Translations under genes and position numbers: made by a program
Shown here: in pieces, positions 8,837 through 16,935 of the stretch
How positions within the stretch are numbered: the first letter of the stretch is position 1
Layout: each line of letters opens with the position of its first letter
The notes under the pieces: model-generated
Seen by the model: the letters and a program-made list of their open reading frames with translations, nothing else
The model's database searches: none
Told to the model about the DNA's origin: nothing
NCBI GenBank assembly: GCA_964419085.1
Contig: CAYQOI010000001.1
Coordinates: 1-24,517 of the forward strand
Length of the DNA: 24,517 bases
Origin: an uncultured Cytophagia bacterium
GTDB lineage: Bacteria; Zhuqueibacterota; Zhuqueibacteria; Oceanimicrobiales; Oceanimicrobiaceae
Reading direction: 5' to 3'

Positions 8837-10741
8837 GTGGAAGGAAAGAAACAAAAAACAATTCTGTTTGTCGACGACGACCCTGACATGCTGGAGATCG
8901 GCGGTATCATGCTGCGCAAGGCGGGATACGATTACCTCTCCGCCAGCTCCGGCGAGGAGGGGCTGAGCGTCCTGCTGGCCAGCAAGCCCGATCTGGTCAT
9001 TCTGGACTATATGATGCCGGGGATGAACGGATTTGAATTTTTCAAGCAGATGCGGCAGCATCCGAAATACAAGCCGGTCCGCCTCACGCCGGTGATCATG
9101 CTCACCGCGTACTCCGAGAAGGAGATCGAACGTCAGGCCTTGTTCGAGATGGGACTCAGCGCGTTTTTGCTCAAGCCGTTCGGCAATCGTGAACTGGTCA
9201 ACGTCATCGACAATGTTTTTATTCTGCATGAGCTGCGTGTAAAGAACAAGGAGCTGCAGGAACAGGTCAAACGCACGGAATACAAGTACCAGGACCTCAT
9301 CGAGAATGCCAGCGACATGATCTTCACGCTGAATCGGGAAGCGCGGTTTGTGTTCATCAATCGTCGACTGACCAGCATCACCGGACACAGTCGCGGGGAC
9401 TGGCTGGGCAAGCGTTTTGTGGATCTGATTGTTCCCGAGGACCGGGAGACCGCGAATCAAAATGTGCAAAAGACTATCACCGGGAAGGCCAGCATCTTCG
9501 AGGTCCGCTGTTGCCACACCAATGGCAAGCGGGTGCATCTGTCCATCAACATCAATCCGATTTTCGAAAGAGGGCAGGTCGTCGGATGTGTGGGCATCGC
9601 ACGGGACATCACCGAAAAAAAACAGCTCGAACAGGAGATCATCGAGCTGAAGAATTTCAACGAGAGCATCATCCAGAGCATGGGCTCCGGGTTGATCACC
9701 ATCGATTTTGAACGCCGCGTCACCTCCTTTAATCAGGGCGCGGAGGAGATGCTCGGCTACGCGGCCGAGGATGTGGTGGGCAAGCCGCTGGAGAGTCTTT
9801 TCCCAAAGGAAGACTGCGAGCGCCTTTTGTCCAATGTAGACGACCCGGACCGGAGTCTGCTGAACCGCGAGATGCAGTTGGGCACAAAAAACGGCCACTC
9901 CATTTATGTTGGGTTCACCGCCACCCCGCGGTTCGACACGCAAGGCAGGCGGGTGGGGGCGATCATTTCGTTCAAGGACATCACCCAGATCAAGCAGATG
10001 CAGAGCGAGGTTCAGCGGATGGACCGGCTGGCCTCCATGGGGGTGCTGGCCTCAGGGATTGCCCACGAAATCCGCAATCCGCTGGCCGGGATCAAGACCA
10101 TCGCGCAGACGCTGGAAGAGGACATCGAGCCGGATGATTCTCGCCGCGAATATGTCTCGCGCATCGTGCGCCAGGTCAACCGGATGGATGATCTTCTGAA
10201 AACCATCTTTTCCTACGCCAAGCCGCGGGAGCCGCAGAGAAAGTACCACCGGCTTCAGGAAATCGTGCAGGAAGTCGTGGCGCTGCTGGAAAATCGCATG
10301 CGGTCTCAATCGGTTGAGTTCGTCGAATCCTATCATCCGGAGTTGCCGCTGGCTTACGTCGATTTTTACCAGATTCAGCAGGTTTTCGTCAACCTGTTTT
10401 TGAATGCCCTGGATGCGATGCCGGACGGGGGGACGCTCAAGCTCGATGCCCACCCGAAGGTCACCACGCTTCATCGCGTCGACCGTCGCGGACGGCCGTT
10501 TACGGTGCAGAACAAAAGCGCGCTGTACGTGCAGGTGCTGCTGAGCGATACGGGTGTGGGGATCCAGCCCTCGGATTTGCCGTCGATTTTCAATCCTTTT
10601 TTCACGACCAAACCGCAAGGCTCAGGCCTTGGGCTGTCCATCGTCTATCGGATCATGACCGAACACAACGGGGACATCCAGGTAAACAGTGAGATGAACA
10701 AGGGAACGACTTTTTCGTTACTGCTACCAACGGAGGAGTGA
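8837..10741 (+). CDS. Cytoplasmic hybrid histidine kinase (REC-PAS-PAS-HisKA-HATPase, NtrB/AtoS-like)
   Basis: N-terminal REC (VDDD, LDYMMP, LKPF), two PAS domains, H-box IAHEIRNPL, NLFLNALDAM, DTGVGI, FNPFFTTK and GSGLGL. No TM segment. GTG start. Confidence 0.92.
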   Translation: MEGKKQKTILFVDDDPDMLEIGGIMLRKAGYDYLSASSGEEGLSVLLASKPDLVILDYMMPGMNGFEFFKQMRQHPKYKPVRLTPVIMLTAYSEKEIERQALFEMGLSAFLLKPFGNRELVNVIDNVFILHELRVKNKELQEQVKRTEYKYQDLIENASDMIFTLNREARFVFINRRLTSITGHSRGDWLGKRFVDLIVPEDRETANQNVQKTITGKASIFEVRCCHTNGKRVHLSININPIFERGQVVGCVGIARDITEKKQLEQEIIELKNFNESIIQSMGSGLITIDFERRVTSFNQGAEEMLGYAAEDVVGKPLESLFPKEDCERLLSNVDDPDRSLLNREMQLGTKNGHSIYVGFTATPRFDTQGRRVGAIISFKDITQIKQMQSEVQRMDRLASMGVLASGIAHEIRNPLAGIKTIAQTLEEDIEPDDSRREYVSRIVRQVNRMDDLLKTIFSYAKPREPQRKYHRLQEIVQEVVALLENRMRSQSVEFVESYHPELPLAYVDFYQIQQVFVNLFLNALDAMPDGGTLKLDAHPKVTTLHRVDRRGRPFTVQNKSALYVQVLLSDTGVGIQPSDLPSIFNPFFTTKPQGSGLGLSIVYRIMTEHNGDIQVNSEMNKGTTFSLLLPTEE

Positions 10742-10747
10742 GAAGTC

Positions 10748-12118
10748 ATGTCGCAAGCCAATGTGCTGATCGTCGAGGACAATGAGGATTTGTGCCAGAC
10801 TTTGGCCGATGTTCTGCGGAAGGAAGGCAACAAGGTTCGGACGGCCCTGACGGGCGAGCACGCACTTTCCATCTTAAATAAGGATATTATCGATCTTGTT
10901 CTGCTGGACATCAAGCTGCCGGACTTGAACGGGATCAAGATTCTCCAGGACATCAAAGACATGGACCCCGACGTGCTGGTGATCATGATCACGGCGTTGA
11001 CCGATGCGAAGCCCGCGGTGGAAGCGATGAAAATGGGCGCGTACGACTACCTCATGAAGCCGTTCGAGTTGGATGAGCTGAAACTGGTTGTGGCCAAAGC
11101 CCTGGAGACGCAGAACCTGAAACGGGAGGTTTCTCGCCTGAAGACGCAGCAGCATGAGCAGTTTCCGGACAACGAGTTGTACGGCGAATCCAAACCCATG
11201 CAAGAGCTCAAAAAAATGATCAAAATCGTGGCCAGTACGCCCAAGACCTCTGTTCTGATCCAGGGAGAAAGCGGCACCGGAAAAGAGCTCGTGGCCAACG
11301 CGATCCACAACTGGAGCGCCCGGGCCGACAAGCCGCTGATCAAAATAAACTGCAGCGCCATTCCGGAAAACCTGCTGGAAAGCGAGCTCTTCGGCTATGA
11401 AAAAGGCGCGTTCACGGATGCCAAATCCATGAAAAAGGGCATCTTCGAAATGGCCAACAACGGCACCATCTTTCTCGACGAGATCTCCAGCATGCAAATG
11501 TCTATCCAGCCGAAGTTCCTGCGCGTGCTGGAGACCCAGTCGTTCCGCCGCATCGGCGGGACCTCCGACATTCAGATCGACGTGCGGATCATCGCGGCGA
11601 CCAACCGCAATCTCGAGGATTGCGTGGAGCAACAAACCTTTCGCGAGGACCTGTACTATCGTCTGAAGGTCATGGTGCTGAATCTGCCGCCGCTCAGAGA
11701 GCGCACCGAGGACATCATTCCCTTGGCCATGCTGTTCATCGAGCGCAACAACAAAGAATTCGGCAAAGAGATCAAGGGCATCGCACCGGGGGCACAAAGA
11801 CGTCTCCTGGAGTACCGCTGGCCGGGCAACGTCCGCGAACTCAAGAACGTCATCGAACGCGCGGTTATTCTTTGCGGGGCTCCGGAGCTGGAAGCCGAAC
11901 ATCTGCCGCTGGAGATTCAAAACGGAGTCTCGAAACTCTCCACCTCCAATGAGTTTACCGCCCTGGCCGGTGACGACGATTCGTTGGAGGAGATGGAGAG
12001 ACGTCACATCATCAACGTGCTCAAGAAGTACAACGGCAACAAATCCAAGACCGCGAGGATGCTGAACATCTCGCGCTCCACCCTGCGCGAAAAGATGCGC
12101 AACTACGGCATTTCCTGA
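10748..12118 (+). CDS. Sigma54-dependent transcriptional activator (NtrC family; REC-AAA+-Fis HTH)
   Basis: REC, Walker A GESGTGKE, GAFTDA loop (variant of GAFTGA), Walker B FLDEI, FREDLYYRL, WPGNVRELKNVIER and a C-terminal HTH (NKSKTARMLNISRSTL). Confidence 0.95.
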   Translation: MSQANVLIVEDNEDLCQTLADVLRKEGNKVRTALTGEHALSILNKDIIDLVLLDIKLPDLNGIKILQDIKDMDPDVLVIMITALTDAKPAVEAMKMGAYDYLMKPFELDELKLVVAKALETQNLKREVSRLKTQQHEQFPDNELYGESKPMQELKKMIKIVASTPKTSVLIQGESGTGKELVANAIHNWSARADKPLIKINCSAIPENLLESELFGYEKGAFTDAKSMKKGIFEMANNGTIFLDEISSMQMSIQPKFLRVLETQSFRRIGGTSDIQIDVRIIAATNRNLEDCVEQQTFREDLYYRLKVMVLNLPPLRERTEDIIPLAMLFIERNNKEFGKEIKGIAPGAQRRLLEYRWPGNVRELKNVIERAVILCGAPELEAEHLPLEIQNGVSKLSTSNEFTALAGDDDSLEEMERRHIINVLKKYNGNKSKTARMLNISRSTLREKMRNYGIS

Positions 12119-12152
12119 ATCTGTGCCGGAGTTGCGTTCGCTCCCTCTGTCA

Positions 12153-12199
12153 GGTCGAAAATCGACCACCTACCCGAAAATGACGCGGTAGAATCTACC
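12153..12199. promoter_or_regulatory. Putative enhancer (UAS) sites for a sigma54 activator: two related palindromes
   Basis: GGTCGA-AAA-TCGACC (12153-12167) and GGTAGA-A-TCTACC (12187-12199), both perfect inverted repeats, about 150-190 bp upstream of the -24 element. Confidence 0.5.
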
Positions 12200-12264
12200 C
12201 GTCTCGCCGTCTTTTTCAGAATCTGAAGCCTTTTTAAAAAAACACAAAAGTCAGGGACACGGCT

Positions 12265-12277
12265 TAAGGTTCTGATT
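12265..12277 (-). promoter_or_regulatory. Putative IHF binding site
   Basis: The minus strand reads AATCAGAACCTTA, matching WATCARNNNNTTR. It lies between the palindromes and the sigma54 promoter, next to an A/T tract at 12231-12249. Confidence 0.35.
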
Positions 12278-12344
12278 TCTTTTGACGAATACCTTGTCGA
12301 AGGTCATCTTAGACGTAATCGCATTCGAGCGCCCCCTGCCCCTG

Positions 12345-12361
12345 CTGGTATGGGTTTTGCT
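12345..12361 (+). promoter_or_regulatory. Sigma54 (-24/-12) promoter
   Basis: CTGGTATGGGTTTTGCT against consensus YTGGCACGRNNNTTGCW: two mismatches and exact GG-N10-GC spacing. It ends 38 nt upstream of ATG 12400. Confidence 0.75.
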
Positions 12362-12399
12362 CAAGCAGCTATTCGCATGGCATTTGAGGAACCACACGT

Positions 12400-13071
12400 A
12401 TGACAACTGCGAAGCGCATTTTGATCGTCGACGATGAGGAGGACCTGGCATGGGGCATGTCAAAGAGCCTTTCTCGATGCAGGAATCTGGATGTACGGTG
12501 TGCCTATGACGGCAACCAGGCGCTGGCGCTGATGGACAACGAGCGCTTCGACCTGGTCATCTCGGACCTTCGCATGCCCGGGCGCAACGGCTTCGAACTG
12601 ATCCGCGAGATTCGGGAGTCCTACCCCGCCACTCGGGTCATCGTGATGACCGCCTACGGGTCGGAGGAGGTCATGGAACGGGCCGATGACTTCGGGAGCT
12701 TCTTTTATATCGAGAAGCCGTTTGACATGGGATATCTGAAGCAGACAGTCTTTTCCGCGCTGGGGTTGTCGCAGGCCGGGTTCGAGGGCTCGGTGCAACA
12801 TGCCGGCATCCGGGAACTCGTGGAACTAAACTGCTTCAGCCGAAAGGATTCCACCCTATGGGTGTCGCGGCGGCAAGAAAGCGGCGCCATCTATTTTAGA
12901 AATGGAGATGTCGTGCATGCCGAGTGCGGCGAGTTAGTGGGAGAACGGGCTTTCTACAACATCCTGAACTGGGACGGCGGACGCTTCAAGATTCGTCCCG
13001 GTTCGGCGTCCATCAAGCGAACCATTCGAAGGGATTGGCGCTCCCTTCTCCATCAGTGTCAACAGGTTTAG
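12400..13071 (+). CDS. Response regulator with a C-terminal DUF4388 (PATAN-like) domain
   Basis: REC (VDDE, SDLRMP, MTAYG, IEKPF). The C-terminus GFEGSV...IRELVEL...GAIYFRNGDVVHAE...GERAFYNILNWDGGRF matches the recalled DUF4388 pattern. Confidence 0.82.
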   Translation: MTTAKRILIVDDEEDLAWGMSKSLSRCRNLDVRCAYDGNQALALMDNERFDLVISDLRMPGRNGFELIREIRESYPATRVIVMTAYGSEEVMERADDFGSFFYIEKPFDMGYLKQTVFSALGLSQAGFEGSVQHAGIRELVELNCFSRKDSTLWVSRRQESGAIYFRNGDVVHAECGELVGERAFYNILNWDGGRFKIRPGSASIKRTIRRDWRSLLHQCQQV

Positions 13072-13089
13072 AAGACAGGGAAAAGCGAC

Positions 13090-13920
13090 ATGGGAGAAGT
13101 CATCGCAATCGCGAGTCAAAAGGGCGGGGTCGGTAAGACGACCACCGCGGTCAATCTTGGCGCCAGTCTGGCGTCGCTCGGCTATCGTGTGATGCTCATC
13201 GATATCGACCCGCAGGGCAGCGTGGCCGCGAGTTTTGGTTTCAGTCGCTACGATATTCGGGCCGGAATTCTGGATATTTTTACCGATGCGGTCCCCGTGG
13301 AAGAGACCATTCATCCCACCGGCTACAACAATTTCGATTTCATCCCGATGAATGTTTGGTCTGAAGAAAACGAAAAGCGAAAGGCGATGGCCGCCGCGCC
13401 GAAAATCAAACTAAAAGATGCCATTGCGCCCATCAGAGAGAAATATGATTTTATCTTCATCGACTGTCCGCCCTCGCTGGGAAACCTCACGTTCAATGCC
13501 TTGGTGGCGGCGGATTCGCTGATCGTCCCAATCCAGTGCGAGTACTATGCTTTGAAGGCACTGGGGCGATTCTTGAAATTGACGCGCATCATCAAAAATG
13601 AACACAACATCAACCTCAAATATCGGGGTTTTCTCCTCACGATGGTGGATCTTCGGAATCGACTCACTAAAATAGTGGTGGAAAAAATCCGATATACACT
13701 CCAGGGTCTGGTGTTCGACACCATGATCCCCAGGAATGTCAGGTTAGCTGAAGTGCCTTACTACGGGAGACCTGTGATCGGGTTTGACAAGAGCTGTAGA
13801 GGAGCCACCAGCTATTTGGACCTGGCCTACGAAATTCTAGGCCGGGAGAAAAAGACGCAGGCAGTGCGGCCACACGAACGACCCGCCGAGGCGTATCACG
13901 GCGTCACGGCTGCGATGTGA
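13090..13920 (+). CDS. parA: ParA/Soj-family ATPase (orphan, no ParB in the window)
   Basis: Deviant Walker A KGGVGKTT, DIDPQG, DCPPSLG, IVPIQCEYYAL and IPRNVRLAEVP. Confidence 0.9.
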   Translation: MGEVIAIASQKGGVGKTTTAVNLGASLASLGYRVMLIDIDPQGSVAASFGFSRYDIRAGILDIFTDAVPVEETIHPTGYNNFDFIPMNVWSEENEKRKAMAAAPKIKLKDAIAPIREKYDFIFIDCPPSLGNLTFNALVAADSLIVPIQCEYYALKALGRFLKLTRIIKNEHNINLKYRGFLLTMVDLRNRLTKIVVEKIRYTLQGLVFDTMIPRNVRLAEVPYYGRPVIGFDKSCRGATSYLDLAYEILGREKKTQAVRPHERPAEAYHGVTAAM

Positions 13921-13932
13921 GAGGAAGACGAA

Positions 13933-14343
13933 TTGTACAGAATTCTGCTGGTAGAGGACGACGAGAACACGCGCACCGGATTGGCTGAACTGTTGCGACA
14001 GGAAGGCTACGCAGTGGAGTCCGTGGCGACGGCTTCCGCGGCTCGTTCTGCAGTTAGCAGGACGGTAAACTTGATTCTCTCAGATCTGCATCTGCCCGAT
14101 GTCAGCGGGCTTGATTTGTTGGAAGATATTCGACGAGGGATACCAAACATTCCCAGCGTGATGATGACCGCGAACGGGACGCCGGAAAATCGTCGCCGAG
14201 GCGCCCGGCTTGGCGTGCGCCACTGGTTGCAAAAACCGTTGGACCTTCCCAAGCTCTTGGCCGTCATCCGGGAAACGGTAAATGAGGAAACAAAGGGAAA
14301 CCCTTCGCAATTCAAGACCAAGGCCGCATACGTCGAGTCTTGA
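13933..14343 (+). CDS. Single-domain response regulator (REC)
   Basis: ILLVEDD, SDLHLPDVSG, MMTANG and WLQKP. TTG start with GAGGA 7 nt upstream. Confidence 0.85.
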   Translation: MYRILLVEDDENTRTGLAELLRQEGYAVESVATASAARSAVSRTVNLILSDLHLPDVSGLDLLEDIRRGIPNIPSVMMTANGTPENRRRGARLGVRHWLQKPLDLPKLLAVIRETVNEETKGNPSQFKTKAAYVES

Positions 14344-14376
14344 CCTTGAGTTTGCGGAGGCGAGAAAGGAGGCTGG

Positions 14377-15075
14377 GTGAACGCGAAGATCGGTCCGTTT
14401 GTCGGTCTTTTGCTAAAGAAAGGGATTTCGGTTGTTTTTATGGTTTTGTTGTTTGTCTCATTGATGAGCTTTACCGCCGACACGTACAGGATGGAGCAGC
14501 AAGAGCGCCGGGTGCAGCAATGGATAGATTGGGCGCAAGATTTTCGGGACGTTGTGCGAGTGGACAGCGTGCGACAGGCTGCCATCGACAAAGTGGTGCA
14601 GCTCATCGGCAAATACAATCGCCGGATGAGCCGGGAAGAAAAACTCGCTATCGCCAATGAGATCTACCGGATGAGCGTGAAGTACGACAACCTCGATATC
14701 GACCTGATCTGCGCGACGATTACGCATGAGACGGCTTTTACCTGGCGGACGGACATCGTTTCTCCGGTCGGCGCCATGGGGTTGATGCAGATCATGCCAC
14801 ACACCGGCTACTATCTGAGCAGGCACGAGGGCATCAAATGGACGGGCGCAACGAAAGTGCTGTTTAATCCGATTTATAACATCCGGATGGGATGCCGCTA
14901 TCTTTCCACGCTCATCGAGCTCTACGAGGTGGACGGCGGGTTGGCGGCCTACAACGGAGGTGAGCGACGCGCGGCGAGATGGCTGGCCAGCGGGCGCAAC
15001 AACCAGGTGCTGTTTGAAGAAACCAGAGAGTACGTGCCTGCGGTGCTCAGGCTGTACAACACCTACAAGAATTGA
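14377..15075 (+). CDS. Lytic transglycosylase (SLT domain) with N-terminal membrane anchor or signal
   Basis: Catalytic Glu motif ATITHETAF, GAMGLMQIMP, NIRMGCRYL, LAAYNGG and ETREYV. Hydrophobic N-terminus. AAGGAGG RBS before GTG 14377. Confidence 0.88.
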   Translation: MNAKIGPFVGLLLKKGISVVFMVLLFVSLMSFTADTYRMEQQERRVQQWIDWAQDFRDVVRVDSVRQAAIDKVVQLIGKYNRRMSREEKLAIANEIYRMSVKYDNLDIDLICATITHETAFTWRTDIVSPVGAMGLMQIMPHTGYYLSRHEGIKWTGATKVLFNPIYNIRMGCRYLSTLIELYEVDGGLAAYNGGERRAARWLASGRNNQVLFEETREYVPAVLRLYNTYKN

Positions 15076-16881
15076 ATGATGTCGACGCAAATGGCCGAAA
15101 TGTCTGAAGAGCGGTTTGTGGCAGAGCTGATTTCGCGGTTCTTTCATCGAGACAGCTACTTCTACTACTGCCTGAATCACCAACTGGAGGCTTCCCTCAA
15201 GGACGAACCGCTTGCGCAAGACCAGAGGTACGTGATTTTCGGTCATATTTTGGATAAGCTGGTGGAGGCGGAGGACAAGCTTTCGGAACTGAGCACCCTG
15301 GGTTCGGGAACCGAATTCGAGAACAGTTACAAGGCTCTCCTCGATGGTGCCAAAAAGCTGCGGCACGCCGAGTTGGTCGCCGAAACCATGAAGATAGAAA
15401 TCGAGCGTTTGGCCAAATCGTTTTTCCACAGCACGCTGAGCGCTTTGCAGGACGTTCGCACACAAAATCTTTTCTTACAGAAACTGGGAATGGCGGACCC
15501 GCTGACCGGGAACGGCACGCCTGAATTAGAGTTGGAAGAGCCGCTTTCTGAAGGACCAGTACTAGCGGAATCGAGTTTCTCCCTAAACGATCTCGCTGAG
15601 AGTGCGGGGGAAGCGACCACTGCGCCGACGGAAAAGGAGTTCCACACCGATCCAGAGACAGACAAGGAAGTCTTCGATTTGGGTGGATTCGAGAACGGTA
15701 CATCCGAAGGGAGCGGCTCTTCTGATTCTAACGGCGGCCCGGTCGACGGCACGAAGTTGCAGCCCAATCACGAGCCCGCGAGTCTGGTGGCGGTGTTTGC
15801 GGACAAAGCGCAGCAGCAGCTCGACCGGCTCGAACAAGGCCTGGCGGAATTGGCCCTGGCTCCCGGCGACGTGAGCGGCTGGAAAACCTGTGAGCTCGCG
15901 TTCGAGTCCATAGCCGGCATGGCGATGGTCTACGGTTTCGACGCGGTGGAGCAGATCGCAAACAAAGCGCGCCGCTTCATCGGTGACATCTACAAGGCGA
16001 ACCTCGATCGCAAAGCATCCGCGGTGGATGCCATCAACTGCGTACAGCAAAAGCTGCGCACGTTGTTGCGAAACGTTGAAGCAGTCGACGGAGGGGCGGT
16101 TCAGAGCATCGTGGATGAGCTCACCACGGCCCGGACGACATCGGCTCAAAAAAAAAGTGAAGAAATAAGCGTCGTCTCGGATACGCCTGCGGTCGGCGAC
16201 GGTTCGTCCGACTTGCCCGTGGCTGACAACCCTCCTTCTCAGGACGCCCGACAGCTTAAACTGCCCGGTGAAGATGACGAAGAGATTTTGCAACTCATCA
16301 AAGAAATTCGCCGCGAAAAGAACGTGGCCGTTGCCGATGAGCCGTACGCGTGCGAAGGAAGCGTGTGCGTTCCTCAGGTGGAGACGGTTTCCGTGGTCTC
16401 CTCAGTGACCGACGGGGTGGGGTCACAGGGCGCCCACGATGGAGTGCCGGCGTTCATAGAGAAAGCCGAGCTCTATTTTGCCGTGCTCGACGACGCGCTC
16501 AAGACCCTCGAAGGGGATCCGGAAAACAGGACCGCGCTCGAGGACATCGAGTTGGCCAGCAATTCGTTGTACAACCTCGCGATGCAGTTGGGGCTTGATG
16601 AAGTGGGCAAACTGCCCGCTCTGGTTCTGGATGTCACAAAGCAGGTGCTGGAGACCGATTACTTGATGTCCGCAGGCGATCACCAATTGCTGGTGGAGGC
16701 AATTCAGCGTTTCCGGAGGATCAGGCAATCGGAGGACGTTACAACGGAAGAGTTCAAAGAGGTGCTGCAAATGCTCGAAGACCTGAGGACGAACGTAAAG
16801 ATGTGGCAGGCACCGGAGTTGAACAGCCTGACTCTTGGAGAATCGGATGGGGTGAGGCCGCGGCCTCTCGACCTCCGGTAG
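15076..16881 (+). CDS. Protein with two Hpt-like (CheA P1-like) domains lacking the phosphoacceptor His, separated by acidic linkers
   Basis: Residues ~236-332 and ~456-550 follow the Hpt pattern F.E.A...L..L...L..L...P. The His position holds E277 (FESIAGMAMVYG) and N496 (SNSLYNLAMQLG). The exact start (15076 or a nearby downstream ATG) is uncertain. Confidence 0.7.
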   Translation: MMSTQMAEMSEERFVAELISRFFHRDSYFYYCLNHQLEASLKDEPLAQDQRYVIFGHILDKLVEAEDKLSELSTLGSGTEFENSYKALLDGAKKLRHAELVAETMKIEIERLAKSFFHSTLSALQDVRTQNLFLQKLGMADPLTGNGTPELELEEPLSEGPVLAESSFSLNDLAESAGEATTAPTEKEFHTDPETDKEVFDLGGFENGTSEGSGSSDSNGGPVDGTKLQPNHEPASLVAVFADKAQQQLDRLEQGLAELALAPGDVSGWKTCELAFESIAGMAMVYGFDAVEQIANKARRFIGDIYKANLDRKASAVDAINCVQQKLRTLLRNVEAVDGGAVQSIVDELTTARTTSAQKKSEEISVVSDTPAVGDGSSDLPVADNPPSQDARQLKLPGEDDEEILQLIKEIRREKNVAVADEPYACEGSVCVPQVETVSVVSSVTDGVGSQGAHDGVPAFIEKAELYFAVLDDALKTLEGDPENRTALEDIELASNSLYNLAMQLGLDEVGKLPALVLDVTKQVLETDYLMSAGDHQLLVEAIQRFRRIRQSEDVTTEEFKEVLQMLEDLRTNVKMWQAPELNSLTLGESDGVRPRPLDLR

Positions 16882-16935
16882 GCGTCCTCCGGATTTTGTG
16901 TCCAAGACATTTCTTACAAGCAGATAGGTTTAAGC

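Noticed and set aside
11404-11421. GAFTDA instead of GAFTGA in the bEBP as a sign of sigma54 independence
   Set aside because: GAFTDA is a common natural variant among sigma54 activators, and the key F and T residues are retained.
13561-13740. Locally lower GC (about 45% by hand count) inside parA as a sign of recent horizontal transfer
   Set aside because: The stretch is short. No integrase, transposase, tRNA or flanking direct repeats were seen around the operon, so an island boundary cannot be supported.
15076-16881. Calling this protein CheA
   Set aside because: There is no HATPase or CheW domain, no phosphoacceptor His, and no MCP/cheW/cheR/cheB genes in the window.
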